Source: Candidatus Doudnabacteria bacterium
GTDB taxonomy: Bacteria > Patescibacteriota > Doudnabacteria > UBA920
Direction: 5' to 3'
Length of the DNA stretch: 64,000 nt
Assembly (NCBI GenBank): GCA_963768175.1
Contig: CAVYGQ010000001.1
Location: 702,305 to 766,304, forward strand
Position numbers and translations under genes: made by a program. A model generated the notes under the pieces. The model saw nothing but the letters and a program-made list of their open reading frames with translations, ran no database searches and was not told where the DNA came from. Positions 48,830-58,255 of this stretch are shown here, in pieces (positions within the stretch are counted from its first letter, which is position 1; each line of letters opens with the position of its first letter).

Positions 48830-49231
48830 CTACTTAGGAAGATACCTTAGCTTGACCTGCTCTTTTCCCCAAACCGCTTTTTCTTTTTTGTAATTTTTAA
48901 ACACTCCAACCAAAATTGCGATAAACCAAATAAGTCCAATTAAGACAATTAAAATGGCGACAAACCGCGTGCCAAAAAACATGGCGTTCTCGTAGCGGCA
49001 CAAGTACCATAAAATTTCCGCCAACCCGGTGCTCAAAAATAAATAATAAAACTTTTTCCTATATTTGCCGTCCACGGGATTGGGCGCCAAGACCGAAGAA
49101 ATTTTTAATACTACGCTTAGCAAAATTAAAATAACCCCCGCTAAAAAAAACAGCTTTTCCCGCGGACTGACATAAGCTGAGTTAATTTGAAAAAGATATT
49201 GGGGGGTAAGGTATTGTTTAAGCAGATTCAT
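48830..49231 (-). CDS. Hypothetical membrane protein (3 TM)
   Basis: Hydrophobic segments. C-terminal RYLPK. Confidence 0.75.
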   Translation of the reverse strand: MNLLKQYLTPQYLFQINSAYVSPREKLFFLAGVILILLSVVLKISSVLAPNPVDGKYRKKFYYLFLSTGLAEILWYLCRYENAMFFGTRFVAILIVLIGLIWFIAILVGVFKNYKKEKAVWGKEQVKLRYLPK

Positions 49232-49321
49232 ATTTTTGAAAATTTCTACTAAATACTAAAATAACGAAATACGAAAACTGACAAATTTAGTATTTAATTC
49301 CTTTCGTATTTCGTAGAAGTG

Positions 49322-49849
49322 CTATTTCTCAAATAACACCGCATAGTGATACCCGTCGGCTTGGAGGTCTTTGTCTTTGCGGAAGCCGGCCATTTGCAGC
49401 ATAATTTCCAGTTTTTCCTGGTCCAGCCTTCTTTCCAGCGGCGGCCCAAACGGGGTGGCCGTGCGCTTCCATTCCACCGCTACTACGCGCCCGCCGGGTT
49501 TTAACACGCGATAAATATTTTGGATTAGTTCTTGCTTCTGGTCTATTTCGTGCAAAATGTTGCCGATGATTACAAGATCGCAGGAACCCGGCAAAATATC
49601 CAAAAGCGGCTTGCCCAGGTTGGCCTGAATAAGCCGGACATTTTTGTAGCCAAATTGGTTGGCAATGGAAATCGTGGCTGCCAGTTTCTGCGTTTGGATG
49701 TCCACCGCATAAACCATACCGGTAGGACCAATCATTTGCGCGGCGGGTAAAACGTAAAAACCGTTGCCGCAGCCCAAGTCTGCCACTACCTGGCCCATCA
49801 TCAGTCCCGTTTGCGCCATTACCGCGCTTGGATTTAAAAATTGAGACAT
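49322..49849 (-). CDS. Class I SAM-dependent methyltransferase
   Basis: VADLGCGNG, VYAVDI, RVLKPGG, PFGPP. Confidence 0.92.
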   Translation of the reverse strand: MSQFLNPSAVMAQTGLMMGQVVADLGCGNGFYVLPAAQMIGPTGMVYAVDIQTQKLAATISIANQFGYKNVRLIQANLGKPLLDILPGSCDLVIIGNILHEIDQKQELIQNIYRVLKPGGRVVAVEWKRTATPFGPPLERRLDQEKLEIMLQMAGFRKDKDLQADGYHYAVLFEK

Positions 49850-49944
49850 AAGCATAATGAACAAAAATGGCAAAAACGACGAAAATTAAAAAATTACTGC
49901 GTCAATATTTTTGTCAATTTTGTCATTTATTTAATTTTTGTCAT

Positions 49945-50850
49945 TTATTTTATTTCCTGATATAACTTTGTTATTGCCCGCGCTTTGCCATCCGCCGATG
50001 CTTCTATCAATGCCCCGTTGATCTGCAAAACTCCTTCCTCTTCCACTTCGTTCTTGAACTTCCCTTCGGGGTGCAAAAATTTTTCCAAAACATTTTCCTT
50101 TTTTACGCCGATTACCCCGTTAAGCGCGCCAGTCATGCCGACGTCGGTAAGGTACGCTGTGCCGTTTGGTAATACGCGATTATCAACCGTGGGCACGTGG
50201 GTATGGGTACCTAAAACCGCAGTAACCCGGCCGTCCACATAGTAGCCAAAAGCGATTTTTTCGCTCGTAGCCTCGGCATGCAGGTCCACTATTATTATAT
50301 CACCTTTTTGGGATTGGTCTAAAATTAGCTTGTCTATAGTTAAAAACGGATTATCTATACTGCCTTCAAACTGATTTTCCATAAATATCTGGCCGTTTAA
50401 GTTGATAATGAGGAATTGCTGATATTCGTCACCCCTCCCTAGCCCTCCCCCTGAAGGGGAGGGAACGACACCGGTGATTCCTGCGGTTTCCCCTCCCTGG
50501 AGGGGAGGGGTTAGGGGAGGGTGAATTTGTTTAAAAAACCGATAATATCCATGCCCGGGCAAGCCGCTGGGAAAATTCGCCGGGCGGATTAATTTATCAT
50601 ATTTTTCAAAGCATTCTTCAGAAAGGTCGCCTTTGTTAAAAATATGGTTGCCCGAGGTATAGCAGTCTATGCCCAACTGGTCAATTTCCGCCAAAGTCGA
50701 CGGGGTCACACCCTTTCCGTGCGCCAAATTTTCCACATTGGCGATTACCACATCGGGCTGATACTTTTCCCGCCACTGCGGCAAGACCTCGCGGAGAATT
50801 TTCCGCCCGCCTTTGCCGACTATGTCGCCGATGAATAATATCTTTGCCAT
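49945..50850 (-). CDS. ymdB: YmdB-family phosphodiesterase with an in-frame double palindrome
   Basis: GDIVGKGGR, TSGNH, RPAN, HAEATSEK, GTHTHVPT, TDVGMTG. Follows rny. Confidence 0.95.
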   Translation of the reverse strand: MAKILFIGDIVGKGGRKILREVLPQWREKYQPDVVIANVENLAHGKGVTPSTLAEIDQLGIDCYTSGNHIFNKGDLSEECFEKYDKLIRPANFPSGLPGHGYYRFFKQIHPPLTPPLQGGETAGITGVVPSPSGGGLGRGDEYQQFLIINLNGQIFMENQFEGSIDNPFLTIDKLILDQSQKGDIIIVDLHAEATSEKIAFGYYVDGRVTAVLGTHTHVPTVDNRVLPNGTAYLTDVGMTGALNGVIGVKKENVLEKFLHPEGKFKNEVEEEGVLQINGALIEASADGKARAITKLYQEIK

Positions 50851-50931
50851 CGTTATTCGTTAATCGGCGGCGCAACGCGTATCGGTTTACGTTGGACGAT
50901 ACGCGCGGCGCTACCGTACACCGCTTACCGA

Positions 50932-52473
50932 TTATCTAGCATATTCAATTACCCTGGTCTCCCTGATAACATGCACTTTTATCTCGCCCGGAAACTTCAG
51001 TTCCTGCTCCAAACGGTTAGCAATGTCGCGGGCCAATTTTTGGCAGGCCAAATCGTCTAATTTTGCCGGCTGGACAAACACGCGGATTTCACGGCCGCCC
51101 TGGATGGCGTAAGTTTTTTCCACGCCTTCATAAGAGTTGGCGATATTTTCCAAATCCGTCAGGCGCTTAAGGTAATTTTCCAGGCTATCCTTGCGCGCCC
51201 CCGGGCGGGCGCCGGAAATATTGTCGCAGGCATCCACAATAATGGCCTCCACGGTCTCGGCAGTCTCAGCTTTACCGGTGACATCGGTATCGGCGTGATG
51301 GCTGGCAATGGCCTCTACAACGCGCGGGTCCAAATTAAACTTCTCGGCTACTTTTTTGCCCAGCTCCACGTGGCTGCCTTCCAAATCCTGGTCCAAGGCT
51401 TTACCAATATCATGGAGCAGCGCGCCCTGTTTGGTAATTTGCACGTCCGCGCCCAGCTCCTCGGCCATTAGCGCGCCCAATTTGGCCATTTCCACGGAGT
51501 GGCGCAGAATATTTTGCCCGTAAGAAGTCCTAAACAAAAGCCGGCCAATTAGGTGCACCAGCTTGGGCGGAAAACTGGTAATGCCCAGTTCGTAAACCGC
51601 CTGTTGTCCGGCTTCCTTAATTTGGTCGTTAATCTCCGCTTTGCTTTTTTCGTAAGCTTCCTCAATTCTGGCCGGGTGGATCCGCCCGTCCGCGATCAAT
51701 TTTTCCAAAGTCAGTTTGGCAATATGGCGGCGGATGGAATTAAAACCGGAAATCACGACCGTATCCGGGCTATCGTCAATTAAAATTTCCACGCCCATCA
51801 TCTGTTCAAAAGCGCGGATGTTTCGGCCTTCCTTCCCGATAATCCGGCCTTTCATCTCTTCGTTAGGAATGGCTACCGTAGTGGTAGTAACCTCGGCCGT
51901 AACTTCGCTGGCCACGCGTTCTATAGCCTGGGTTACAATATTGCGACCCTCTCTTTCGGCGTCTTCGTGGGTTTGTGCCAGAAGTTTCTGGTAAAGTTCC
52001 AGCATTTCCACTTTGACGGTTTTTTCCGCGTTATCAAGCAGTACTTTGGCTGCCTGCTCGCGTGTCATACCGGCAATTTTTTCCAAATTTTCCACCTGCT
52101 TGGCCCGCAGTTCCTTAATCTCTTCCTGAATTTGCTTAATTTGCTCGGCTTTGGTCTCCAAGTCAGTTTTTTGTTTATCTAGGCTGGCGGATTTTTGGTC
52201 CAACTCTTTTTCTTTACGGTCAATTCTCTCTTCAAATCTGACAATTTGGGAACGAAATTCGCTTTCCTGCTTTTTGGCCTGGTCAATTATTTCCAAAGAG
52301 CGGGTTTTAGCTTCCAATAAAAGTTCTTTTTCCCTGACCTTGGCTTCTTCTAAAATTTTCTCGGCATGCGCTTCCGCACTGCCGACTTTTTTGGTAACCA
52401 AGCTTTGACGAATAAAATAACCTATGCCGACGCCAACGGCAACGGCGATTAAACCTACTATAAATTCAATCAT
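50932..52473 (-). CDS. rny: Ribonuclease Y
   Basis: N-terminal TM, coiled coil, KH (MKGRIIGKEGRNIR), HD (LLHDIGK), SGARPGAR. Confidence 0.98.
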   Translation of the reverse strand: MIEFIVGLIAVAVGVGIGYFIRQSLVTKKVGSAEAHAEKILEEAKVREKELLLEAKTRSLEIIDQAKKQESEFRSQIVRFEERIDRKEKELDQKSASLDKQKTDLETKAEQIKQIQEEIKELRAKQVENLEKIAGMTREQAAKVLLDNAEKTVKVEMLELYQKLLAQTHEDAEREGRNIVTQAIERVASEVTAEVTTTTVAIPNEEMKGRIIGKEGRNIRAFEQMMGVEILIDDSPDTVVISGFNSIRRHIAKLTLEKLIADGRIHPARIEEAYEKSKAEINDQIKEAGQQAVYELGITSFPPKLVHLIGRLLFRTSYGQNILRHSVEMAKLGALMAEELGADVQITKQGALLHDIGKALDQDLEGSHVELGKKVAEKFNLDPRVVEAIASHHADTDVTGKAETAETVEAIIVDACDNISGARPGARKDSLENYLKRLTDLENIANSYEGVEKTYAIQGGREIRVFVQPAKLDDLACQKLARDIANRLEQELKFPGEIKVHVIRETRVIEYAR

Positions 52474-52490
52474 AAAATAGCCTTACACTT

Positions 52491-52659
52491 GCAAAGTAAG
52501 ACGATTTAGGCTACGCAAAAATTGCTAATTTAAAAAATTAAATTAGCGGATTATCTTTTCTGTAAGTTCACTTTTTACGGACAGGTGATTAAAAGTGAGA
52601 GTAATTGGCTTAAAAAAAGACAGGATTTGCATAAAGGACCTAAACTGCGGCTACTTTGC
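52491..52659 (-). ncRNA. Candidate 6S-like rod RNA or structured rny leader
   Basis: Nested pairings 52491-98/52652-59, 52505-10/52639-44, 52515-19/52626-30, 52568-75/52591-98. Promoter TTGACA-17-TAATAT at 52690-52718. Confidence 0.4.
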
Positions 52660-52849
52660 GGAAAAATTATCAATGCTTGTAACAGTCAAATATTAACACA
52701 ATCCGCCAAAGTTGTCAAAACGAAACACAAAGTTATCAAAAACTAAATGAAACGTGTACAAAACAGTTTTGCCAATTTAACTAATTATTGTGGAAGTTAT
52801 TACTTTTTTACTCGCGTCTGGTGCGAGCGAGCTAAGCCTATTTATTATA

Positions 52850-53254
52850 TTAATGATTTAACTTCCTAAATTTTTTTACAAAAATTGTTTGTTCATTTTT
52901 TAATTCTGTCAGAGGTACCTTTTTAACTTTTAAGGGATTAAGCTCATTCCCCTTATTAACAGGAACAAGGTGCACATGAACATGGGCTACTCCAAAACCT
53001 TCAATAGCTAAGCCTATACGCTTAGCCCCAGAAATGGATTTTAATATTCGTGCAATCTTTTTTACCAGCACTAATAATTTAATGTACTGGACATCAGGCA
53101 GGCTAAAAACATCAGGCGCGTGCTTTTTCGGGATAAGCAACAAATGTCCGGGGTTTATAGGATTGGCATCAAGAAGGAGTATAAAATTTTTGTCCTCCCA
53201 AACTTTTAAACTCTCTACCCTATTTTCTATAATATCGCAAAAAATACATTTCAT
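52850..53254 (-). CDS. HIT-family hydrolase
   Basis: CIFC, PGHLLLIPKKH, HVHVHLVP. Confidence 0.95.
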   Translation of the reverse strand: MKCIFCDIIENRVESLKVWEDKNFILLLDANPINPGHLLLIPKKHAPDVFSLPDVQYIKLLVLVKKIARILKSISGAKRIGLAIEGFGVAHVHVHLVPVNKGNELNPLKVKKVPLTELKNEQTIFVKKFRKLNH

Positions 53255-53311
53255 ACTTAAATTTTAACATATTTCGTTGTAAAAAAAAAGGAATAACCGC
53301 GACCGAATGGG

Positions 53312-54208
53312 TTATTCCTTAAGCAAAACCAGTTGTTGTAACTGAAGCTGGATTCTTTTGTTAAAAGCCGTACTGATGTTTGGCCGTGAATGATATTCAC
53401 GCAAATGCAGCAAGGCTTGAAGAAGCCTGCCAAACACGTATATGGCTTGTGCGTTCCTCCTTGAAAGCGAGAGCGTGGCGGCAACGGGCCCCAACGCGAA
53501 TTCGCGGAAACACAAAGGACTGTCTGTGGCCGCCGGAAACTCAAATACATCCTGGAGCACGCCGCCGAAACAGGCCAGGTCTACAATTGGCATTCCTGTA
53601 ACCATTTCTGGCGGGTCTGCAAATTTCAAGATGTCTTGTGAGGCGAAAATGTTCCAGGGTATAAAATCCCAGCTGGCGAAACAATACTCGGGCATATGCA
53701 GGGATTTCAGCAGTCTCTCAAGAGTGCGTTCAACCTGGTCCAAGGGCATGGAACCGCCGACTCCGGCAAAATCCCGGTAGATGCTTTTTACTGTCGCCAT
53801 TTCGAATTCCATGTATTGGTAGGCGTCGCTGCCCGTCCTCAGACTTTCTTTGTAGACCCGGAGAAGATTAACAGCGATGTGCGCACAGATACCTTCAGCG
53901 ACACTTCCGTTTCTAATTTGTGTGCCCAGATCCGTACCACAATCCTCCATCAATATGTAGCCACAAGTGTCACTCAATTCAAACGCGGTGATGTGGGGAA
54001 TGAAGAAGCCAAGCCCTAAAGATGCCAGCTTCTCGTACCCCCGGATGTTTGCCGAGATTTCCCGGAAGGACCCCGGGTTGTCTGATGCTTTCAGAACCAA
54101 GCTTTGGTTCAGCCGGTCCCTAACCCTGAAAACAGATTTGCATCTGCGCCCGTGTTCGATTTTTTCAATCAGGGTCAAATTGAGACGCTCAATAAGATCG
54201 TCTATCAC
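53312..54208 (-). CDS. APH/choline-kinase-like phosphotransferase
   Basis: LVLK, YILMEDCG, WDFIPWNI (Brenner-like DxxxxN), FADP, DLACF. GGAGGGG SD before GTG 54208. Confidence 0.7.
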   Translation of the reverse strand: MIDDLIERLNLTLIEKIEHGRRCKSVFRVRDRLNQSLVLKASDNPGSFREISANIRGYEKLASLGLGFFIPHITAFELSDTCGYILMEDCGTDLGTQIRNGSVAEGICAHIAVNLLRVYKESLRTGSDAYQYMEFEMATVKSIYRDFAGVGGSMPLDQVERTLERLLKSLHMPEYCFASWDFIPWNIFASQDILKFADPPEMVTGMPIVDLACFGGVLQDVFEFPAATDSPLCFREFALGPVAATLSLSRRNAQAIYVFGRLLQALLHLREYHSRPNISTAFNKRIQLQLQQLVLLKE

Positions 54209-54296
54209 GGTTTTCCCCTCCAAAGGAATGCGGAGGCGGCACTGATGACTTGCGTCGATTTGAGCCGCCTCCTGGGTTGTTTAGATTGGCTTCACT

Positions 54297-55502
54297 CTAC
54301 TGGACATGAAGCCGAAACCACGCCCGCTTACCAACCTGCAAGATATCTCCTTCGGTTGGCGTCAGGCTTTGTGCCGGGTTGGTGATTTTCGCGCCGTTCA
54401 GCGTAACCCCTCCATGTTGGAAGAGTTGCCGAAGTTCGGCACTGCTCTTTTGGCTGCCAAAGAACAGCCGCACAATACTGAGCACGGTTTGGTCTTTGGC
54501 TTCCGCGGTGACGCTGGGGATGTCTGCGGGGATTTGGCGTTGCGAGAACGTCTGGTCAAACCACTCGCGTTCTTCCCGGGCCACCTGTTTTCCGTGGTAC
54601 CGCTGGACAATGGCCACTGCTAGCCGTTTTTTGGCTTCAAGAGGGTCGGATGCGGCCAAACTCTCCAGCGCTGCCAGCTCCGTGTCCGGCACCTCCGTGT
54701 AGACTTGGAAGTAAGTCGAAATCAAGCTGTCGGGCAAGCGCATGGTTCTGCCGAATTTGTCGCGAGGCGAGTGGCCGAGGCCGATGTAGTTGTCCAAGCT
54801 CTTGCTTTGCTTGTCCCTGCCATCGATCCCGGACGTGATTCTAGTGGTCATGATAACCTGTGGCTGCTGGCCAAACTTTTCTTGGTAGAATCGCCCCAGC
54901 ATCTCGTTGAACAGCTGGTCGGAACCAATGATAGTCAAGTCAGAGCTAAGCGCGAAAGAGTTGTAGCCTTGAAGTACCGAGTAGACTAGTTCGTGCATGT
55001 AGATGTCAGAGTTCTCGGAGATGCGCCGCTGAAACATGTCGCGCGAAATCAAGCGGCTGTGAGTGACCAAGGACAATAGCTTCAGAAACTGCGCTGTCTT
55101 CATGTCCCCAAACCACTCGGAATTCCTCCTTACCTCCAACAGTTGCGAGTTGTCAAACCGCAGGACCATCTTCGCTTGCGTGATGAATTCCTTGGTATTC
55201 CGTTCGATTTCCTCGGCTGGAATGATGGGTCGTGTTTTGCTCTTCCCGGTAGGGTCGCCGATCTGCGTCGTAAAATCCCCGACCAGAAAGACAACCTTGT
55301 GCCCGAGATCTTGCAGCCTGCGCATCATCCACAAATTGACAGCGTGTCCGATGTGCAGGTACGGAGCAGTCACGTCCACACCATACTTAATGCGGAGCTT
55401 TTTGCCGCTGCGCAAGAGCGCCTTCCATTCCTCCAGAGAGAAAACCTCTTGTGTCGTTCTGGCGAATGCCAAATCTAGTTGCCTTATCTGTTGTTCGTTC
55501 AC
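54297..55502 (-). CDS. tyrS: Tyrosyl-tRNA synthetase homologue with atypical active-site residues
   Basis: LRIKYGVDVT..LHIGH, GDFTTQIGDPTGKSKTRP, GSDQLFN, KQSKSLDN, C-terminal S4 domain. Confidence 0.9.
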   Translation of the reverse strand: MNEQQIRQLDLAFARTTQEVFSLEEWKALLRSGKKLRIKYGVDVTAPYLHIGHAVNLWMMRRLQDLGHKVVFLVGDFTTQIGDPTGKSKTRPIIPAEEIERNTKEFITQAKMVLRFDNSQLLEVRRNSEWFGDMKTAQFLKLLSLVTHSRLISRDMFQRRISENSDIYMHELVYSVLQGYNSFALSSDLTIIGSDQLFNEMLGRFYQEKFGQQPQVIMTTRITSGIDGRDKQSKSLDNYIGLGHSPRDKFGRTMRLPDSLISTYFQVYTEVPDTELAALESLAASDPLEAKKRLAVAIVQRYHGKQVAREEREWFDQTFSQRQIPADIPSVTAEAKDQTVLSIVRLFFGSQKSSAELRQLFQHGGVTLNGAKITNPAQSLTPTEGDILQVGKRAWFRLHVQ

Positions 55503-56134
55503 AGGGATCCCTCCCGGGTTGCCAAAACTGTATTGATTTGCGAAATTTCACTGACGGTAACAATTTCCGATGATTTATGTTCTGCAACCAGTATGCATCT
55601 GTAACCTGCTACAAACGCTTCCTGTAAATCAATCCGAATGTCATCACCAATGACGCAAACCTCGGTAGGTATCAATCTGCGTGTCTGGGAGATGCCATGG
55701 TAGGCATCAATTTTTTTATCCTTACCCCAACTTGGCCCAGGAGCGCAAATTTCGGCGAACAAATCCCGAAGTCCCAAGGCGTCCAAAGCTCTTATTGCGT
55801 AGCTTCGGGGCGCTAAGGTTACCAGGAATCTATTCCCCTTTAAATTCTCCAAAGCGTGCCGCACGCACTCGTCTCTTACAAGAAACCGTTCGGGAGCAAG
55901 GCGGTCGAACACGCCTTGGTGGTAAGAGAGAGTACTGAGTTGGTATGCCCGTATTGCTTGTAGCGGGCTCGGATAGAGTTCCTGCAACTGCTCGTAGAAC
56001 CATTCCAAGCGATCATCGCTGATTTCCAACTGGCTTTGAAACCAGGCTTTGGACAACGATGACATGGCGCGATAAAGCGGATTGGCACGCGGGTACAGCG
56101 TGCCGTCCAGGTCGAAAATAAATGCTTTGAGCAT
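55499..56134 (-). CDS. HAD-family phosphatase (pyrimidine 5'-nucleotidase-like)
   Basis: FDLDGTLYP, LVT, K, IGDDIRID. Confidence 0.88.
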   Translation of the reverse strand: MLKAFIFDLDGTLYPRANPLYRAMSSLSKAWFQSQLEISDDRLEWFYEQLQELYPSPLQAIRAYQLSTLSYHQGVFDRLAPERFLVRDECVRHALENLKGNRFLVTLAPRSYAIRALDALGLRDLFAEICAPGPSWGKDKKIDAYHGISQTRRLIPTEVCVIGDDIRIDLQEAFVAGYRCILVAEHKSSEIVTVSEISQINTVLATREGSL

Positions 56135-56136
56135 GG

Positions 56137-57135
56137 TTATTCCCCAGGCCTCAGCAGTATTTTCATGATGAATTCGGACTTTCGCTGAGCTGCTGCTAAA
56201 GCGTCCGAAAACTTGGATAGAGGGTAGCGATGGCTAATAAACGCATTCATGGTAGCTTGATGACCACCAATCATGGTTACGGCCATGCCGAACTCGTGGA
56301 ACGTATAAGCGTTTGAGCCTACTAGGCGAACTTCTTTGATGAAGAGGTCTCGAGCGACCAAGGGGTAGGTATAGCCGGCGCTAAAAACACCGAGCACGAC
56401 CACTGACCCCCCGGGCTTGGACATCTGTATAGCCTGGCTGAGAGTATTAGGCTGGGCTCTCCCCACCGTTTCGTACACAATATCGAAACTGCCCGGCGGG
56501 GATTCGGAAGTAAAGACCCGAGATCCCAATCCTTCAGCAAACCTTAAGTTTTCCGGATGGACTCCTTTAAGCCAAACGTTATGGCCTTGCTGCAAAAGAG
56601 CCCAGGAAAGCAGGCAGCCGACTGTCCCGTCGCCTATGACCAAACAATCTTTGGCGGACGGAAAGGTGCGGCCAAAACTGCACGCGTGCAGACACACCGC
56701 TAGGGGGTCTGCCAACACATAGGGTTCAATATCCAGAGAGGCCGGCAACAAGACGAGGTTTGTGAGCGGTGCATCCACATATTCCGCAAACGCCCCTCTG
56801 ATCGTGCGCCCGAGCGCCTGGCCTTGAATGCACAGATTGGTCATGCCGTTCTTGCACGCCTCGCACTCCCCGCAGGAAATAAGAGGCATGGCTGCCACTT
56901 GGTCACCTGTCTTGGCTTGGCTGCCCGTACCGTTGGTCGCGATGACAGTTCCCACAAATTCATGGCCAAGAATGATTGTATGTGACGTCGGAAGTTTGCC
57001 AGCTGACAACTTGGCAACATCAGTGCCGCACAAGCCGACAACAGCGACTTTGACTCTGGCCCACCGGGCCTTCAAAGCAGCTGCTTGCACTTCCACGTAC
57101 CCGATCCGACCGTTCAGAAAGGTCGCCGCTTTCAT
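56137..57135 (-). CDS. Zn-dependent medium-chain (sugar/polyol-type) dehydrogenase
   Basis: GLCGTD, GHEFVG, CGECEAC...C, GDGTVG. Confidence 0.92.
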   Translation of the reverse strand: MKAATFLNGRIGYVEVQAAALKARWARVKVAVVGLCGTDVAKLSAGKLPTSHTIILGHEFVGTVIATNGTGSQAKTGDQVAAMPLISCGECEACKNGMTNLCIQGQALGRTIRGAFAEYVDAPLTNLVLLPASLDIEPYVLADPLAVCLHACSFGRTFPSAKDCLVIGDGTVGCLLSWALLQQGHNVWLKGVHPENLRFAEGLGSRVFTSESPPGSFDIVYETVGRAQPNTLSQAIQMSKPGGSVVVLGVFSAGYTYPLVARDLFIKEVRLVGSNAYTFHEFGMAVTMIGGHQATMNAFISHRYPLSKFSDALAAAQRKSEFIMKILLRPGE

Positions 57136-58244
57136 TTGCTTTCTCCCATGATGGTTGCAAGGGCCTTTTGGCTCCCGCCGGTCGCGTCGATGAATTGCCT
57201 AAGTTTTTGGAGTCCGGTTTCGCTGCGGATTGTGTCTATGGCTAAGGCATAGCCTTGGCACAAATCCGCCGCCTTACTGGCCAAAACCAGAATGGCGGCC
57301 GCGTTGAGGGCAACCGTTTGCCCCCGCGGGCCGATTGCTTTTCCTGAGAGTACCTGAACCGACAGCTGGGCGTTCTCGATTAAGGAAAGCCCCGGCTGCA
57401 AATCGTCCGGTCCCGAACAGGAAGTCTGGGTCAGTGTGGTAGGAGAGAACTCCTCGATGGGTCCGGTTACGCCTTTCTCGATCCTGCCGAACCGGTTGCT
57501 GGAAAGCGTACTGAGCTCGTCGACATAGTGTATGTCGTCGCTGGTTGAGGTAACTACCATCACGTTCTTGTAACTGAGCATGCTGAATACTTCCAGTGCG
57601 AGTTTCAGATCGGGATGGGACAGCCCATAGAGAAGCGTTTCGCAGGCAACGGGGCTGATTATCGCCGGGAAGGCGAAACTCAGAGGCGTGGGTCCGAAGG
57701 CCTTGCCTCCGTAAACCCCGTCGAATTTCGGGATGGTGTCTTCGATCGAAAATATCCCGAATCCCGTCTGCTGTAAGACAGCGATCATCGCGTTGGTTTC
57801 CAGCAGGTTCACCCCGACCGTCTTGATGAGGTCGGTAGAACCGCCGATTGAAGAGGTCGCGGCCGAGCCCGTTTTGGCAACGAAAGCTCCGGCGGCGCTG
57901 GCAACAAAGCAAGCGGGAGTGGAAATGTTGAAAGTCTTCCATCCTTTTTTGCCGCTGCCGGCCACGCCGACGAGTTTCTCGTTGTGAGGCAGGTTCGGTT
58001 TGTACCGGGTCAGTCCGTCGATGTTCAGCGCGGTTCGTATCAAAGCTACAATCTCCTGAGAGGTGGGTCCCTTGACCATCAATCCCATCAGGAACGACCC
58101 GAGCTGCGCATCACGCGCTTTGACTTGGGGGCTTGTCAGAATCAGCTCAAACGCCCTTGTCACGAGGTCAAGGTCCACCGGCGCGCCGATGTTGAGCCGG
58201 TAAAAGACCTCGGCTATTTCGAGGTTGGGATTTTTCTGTTCCAC
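57132..58244 (-). CDS. TrpD (anthranilate phosphoribosyltransferase)-like enzyme, divergent
   Basis: GSGKKG.KTFNISTPACFV, VAKTGSAATSS..GSTD, VDELS, VALNAAAIL. AAGGAG SD before GTG 58244. Confidence 0.85.
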   Translation of the reverse strand: MEQKNPNLEIAEVFYRLNIGAPVDLDLVTRAFELILTSPQVKARDAQLGSFLMGLMVKGPTSQEIVALIRTALNIDGLTRYKPNLPHNEKLVGVAGSGKKGWKTFNISTPACFVASAAGAFVAKTGSAATSSIGGSTDLIKTVGVNLLETNAMIAVLQQTGFGIFSIEDTIPKFDGVYGGKAFGPTPLSFAFPAIISPVACETLLYGLSHPDLKLALEVFSMLSYKNVMVVTSTSDDIHYVDELSTLSSNRFGRIEKGVTGPIEEFSPTTLTQTSCSGPDDLQPGLSLIENAQLSVQVLSGKAIGPRGQTVALNAAAILVLASKAADLCQGYALAIDTIRSETGLQKLRQFIDATGGSQKALATIMGESK

Positions 58245-58255
58245 TGGGCGCTCCT

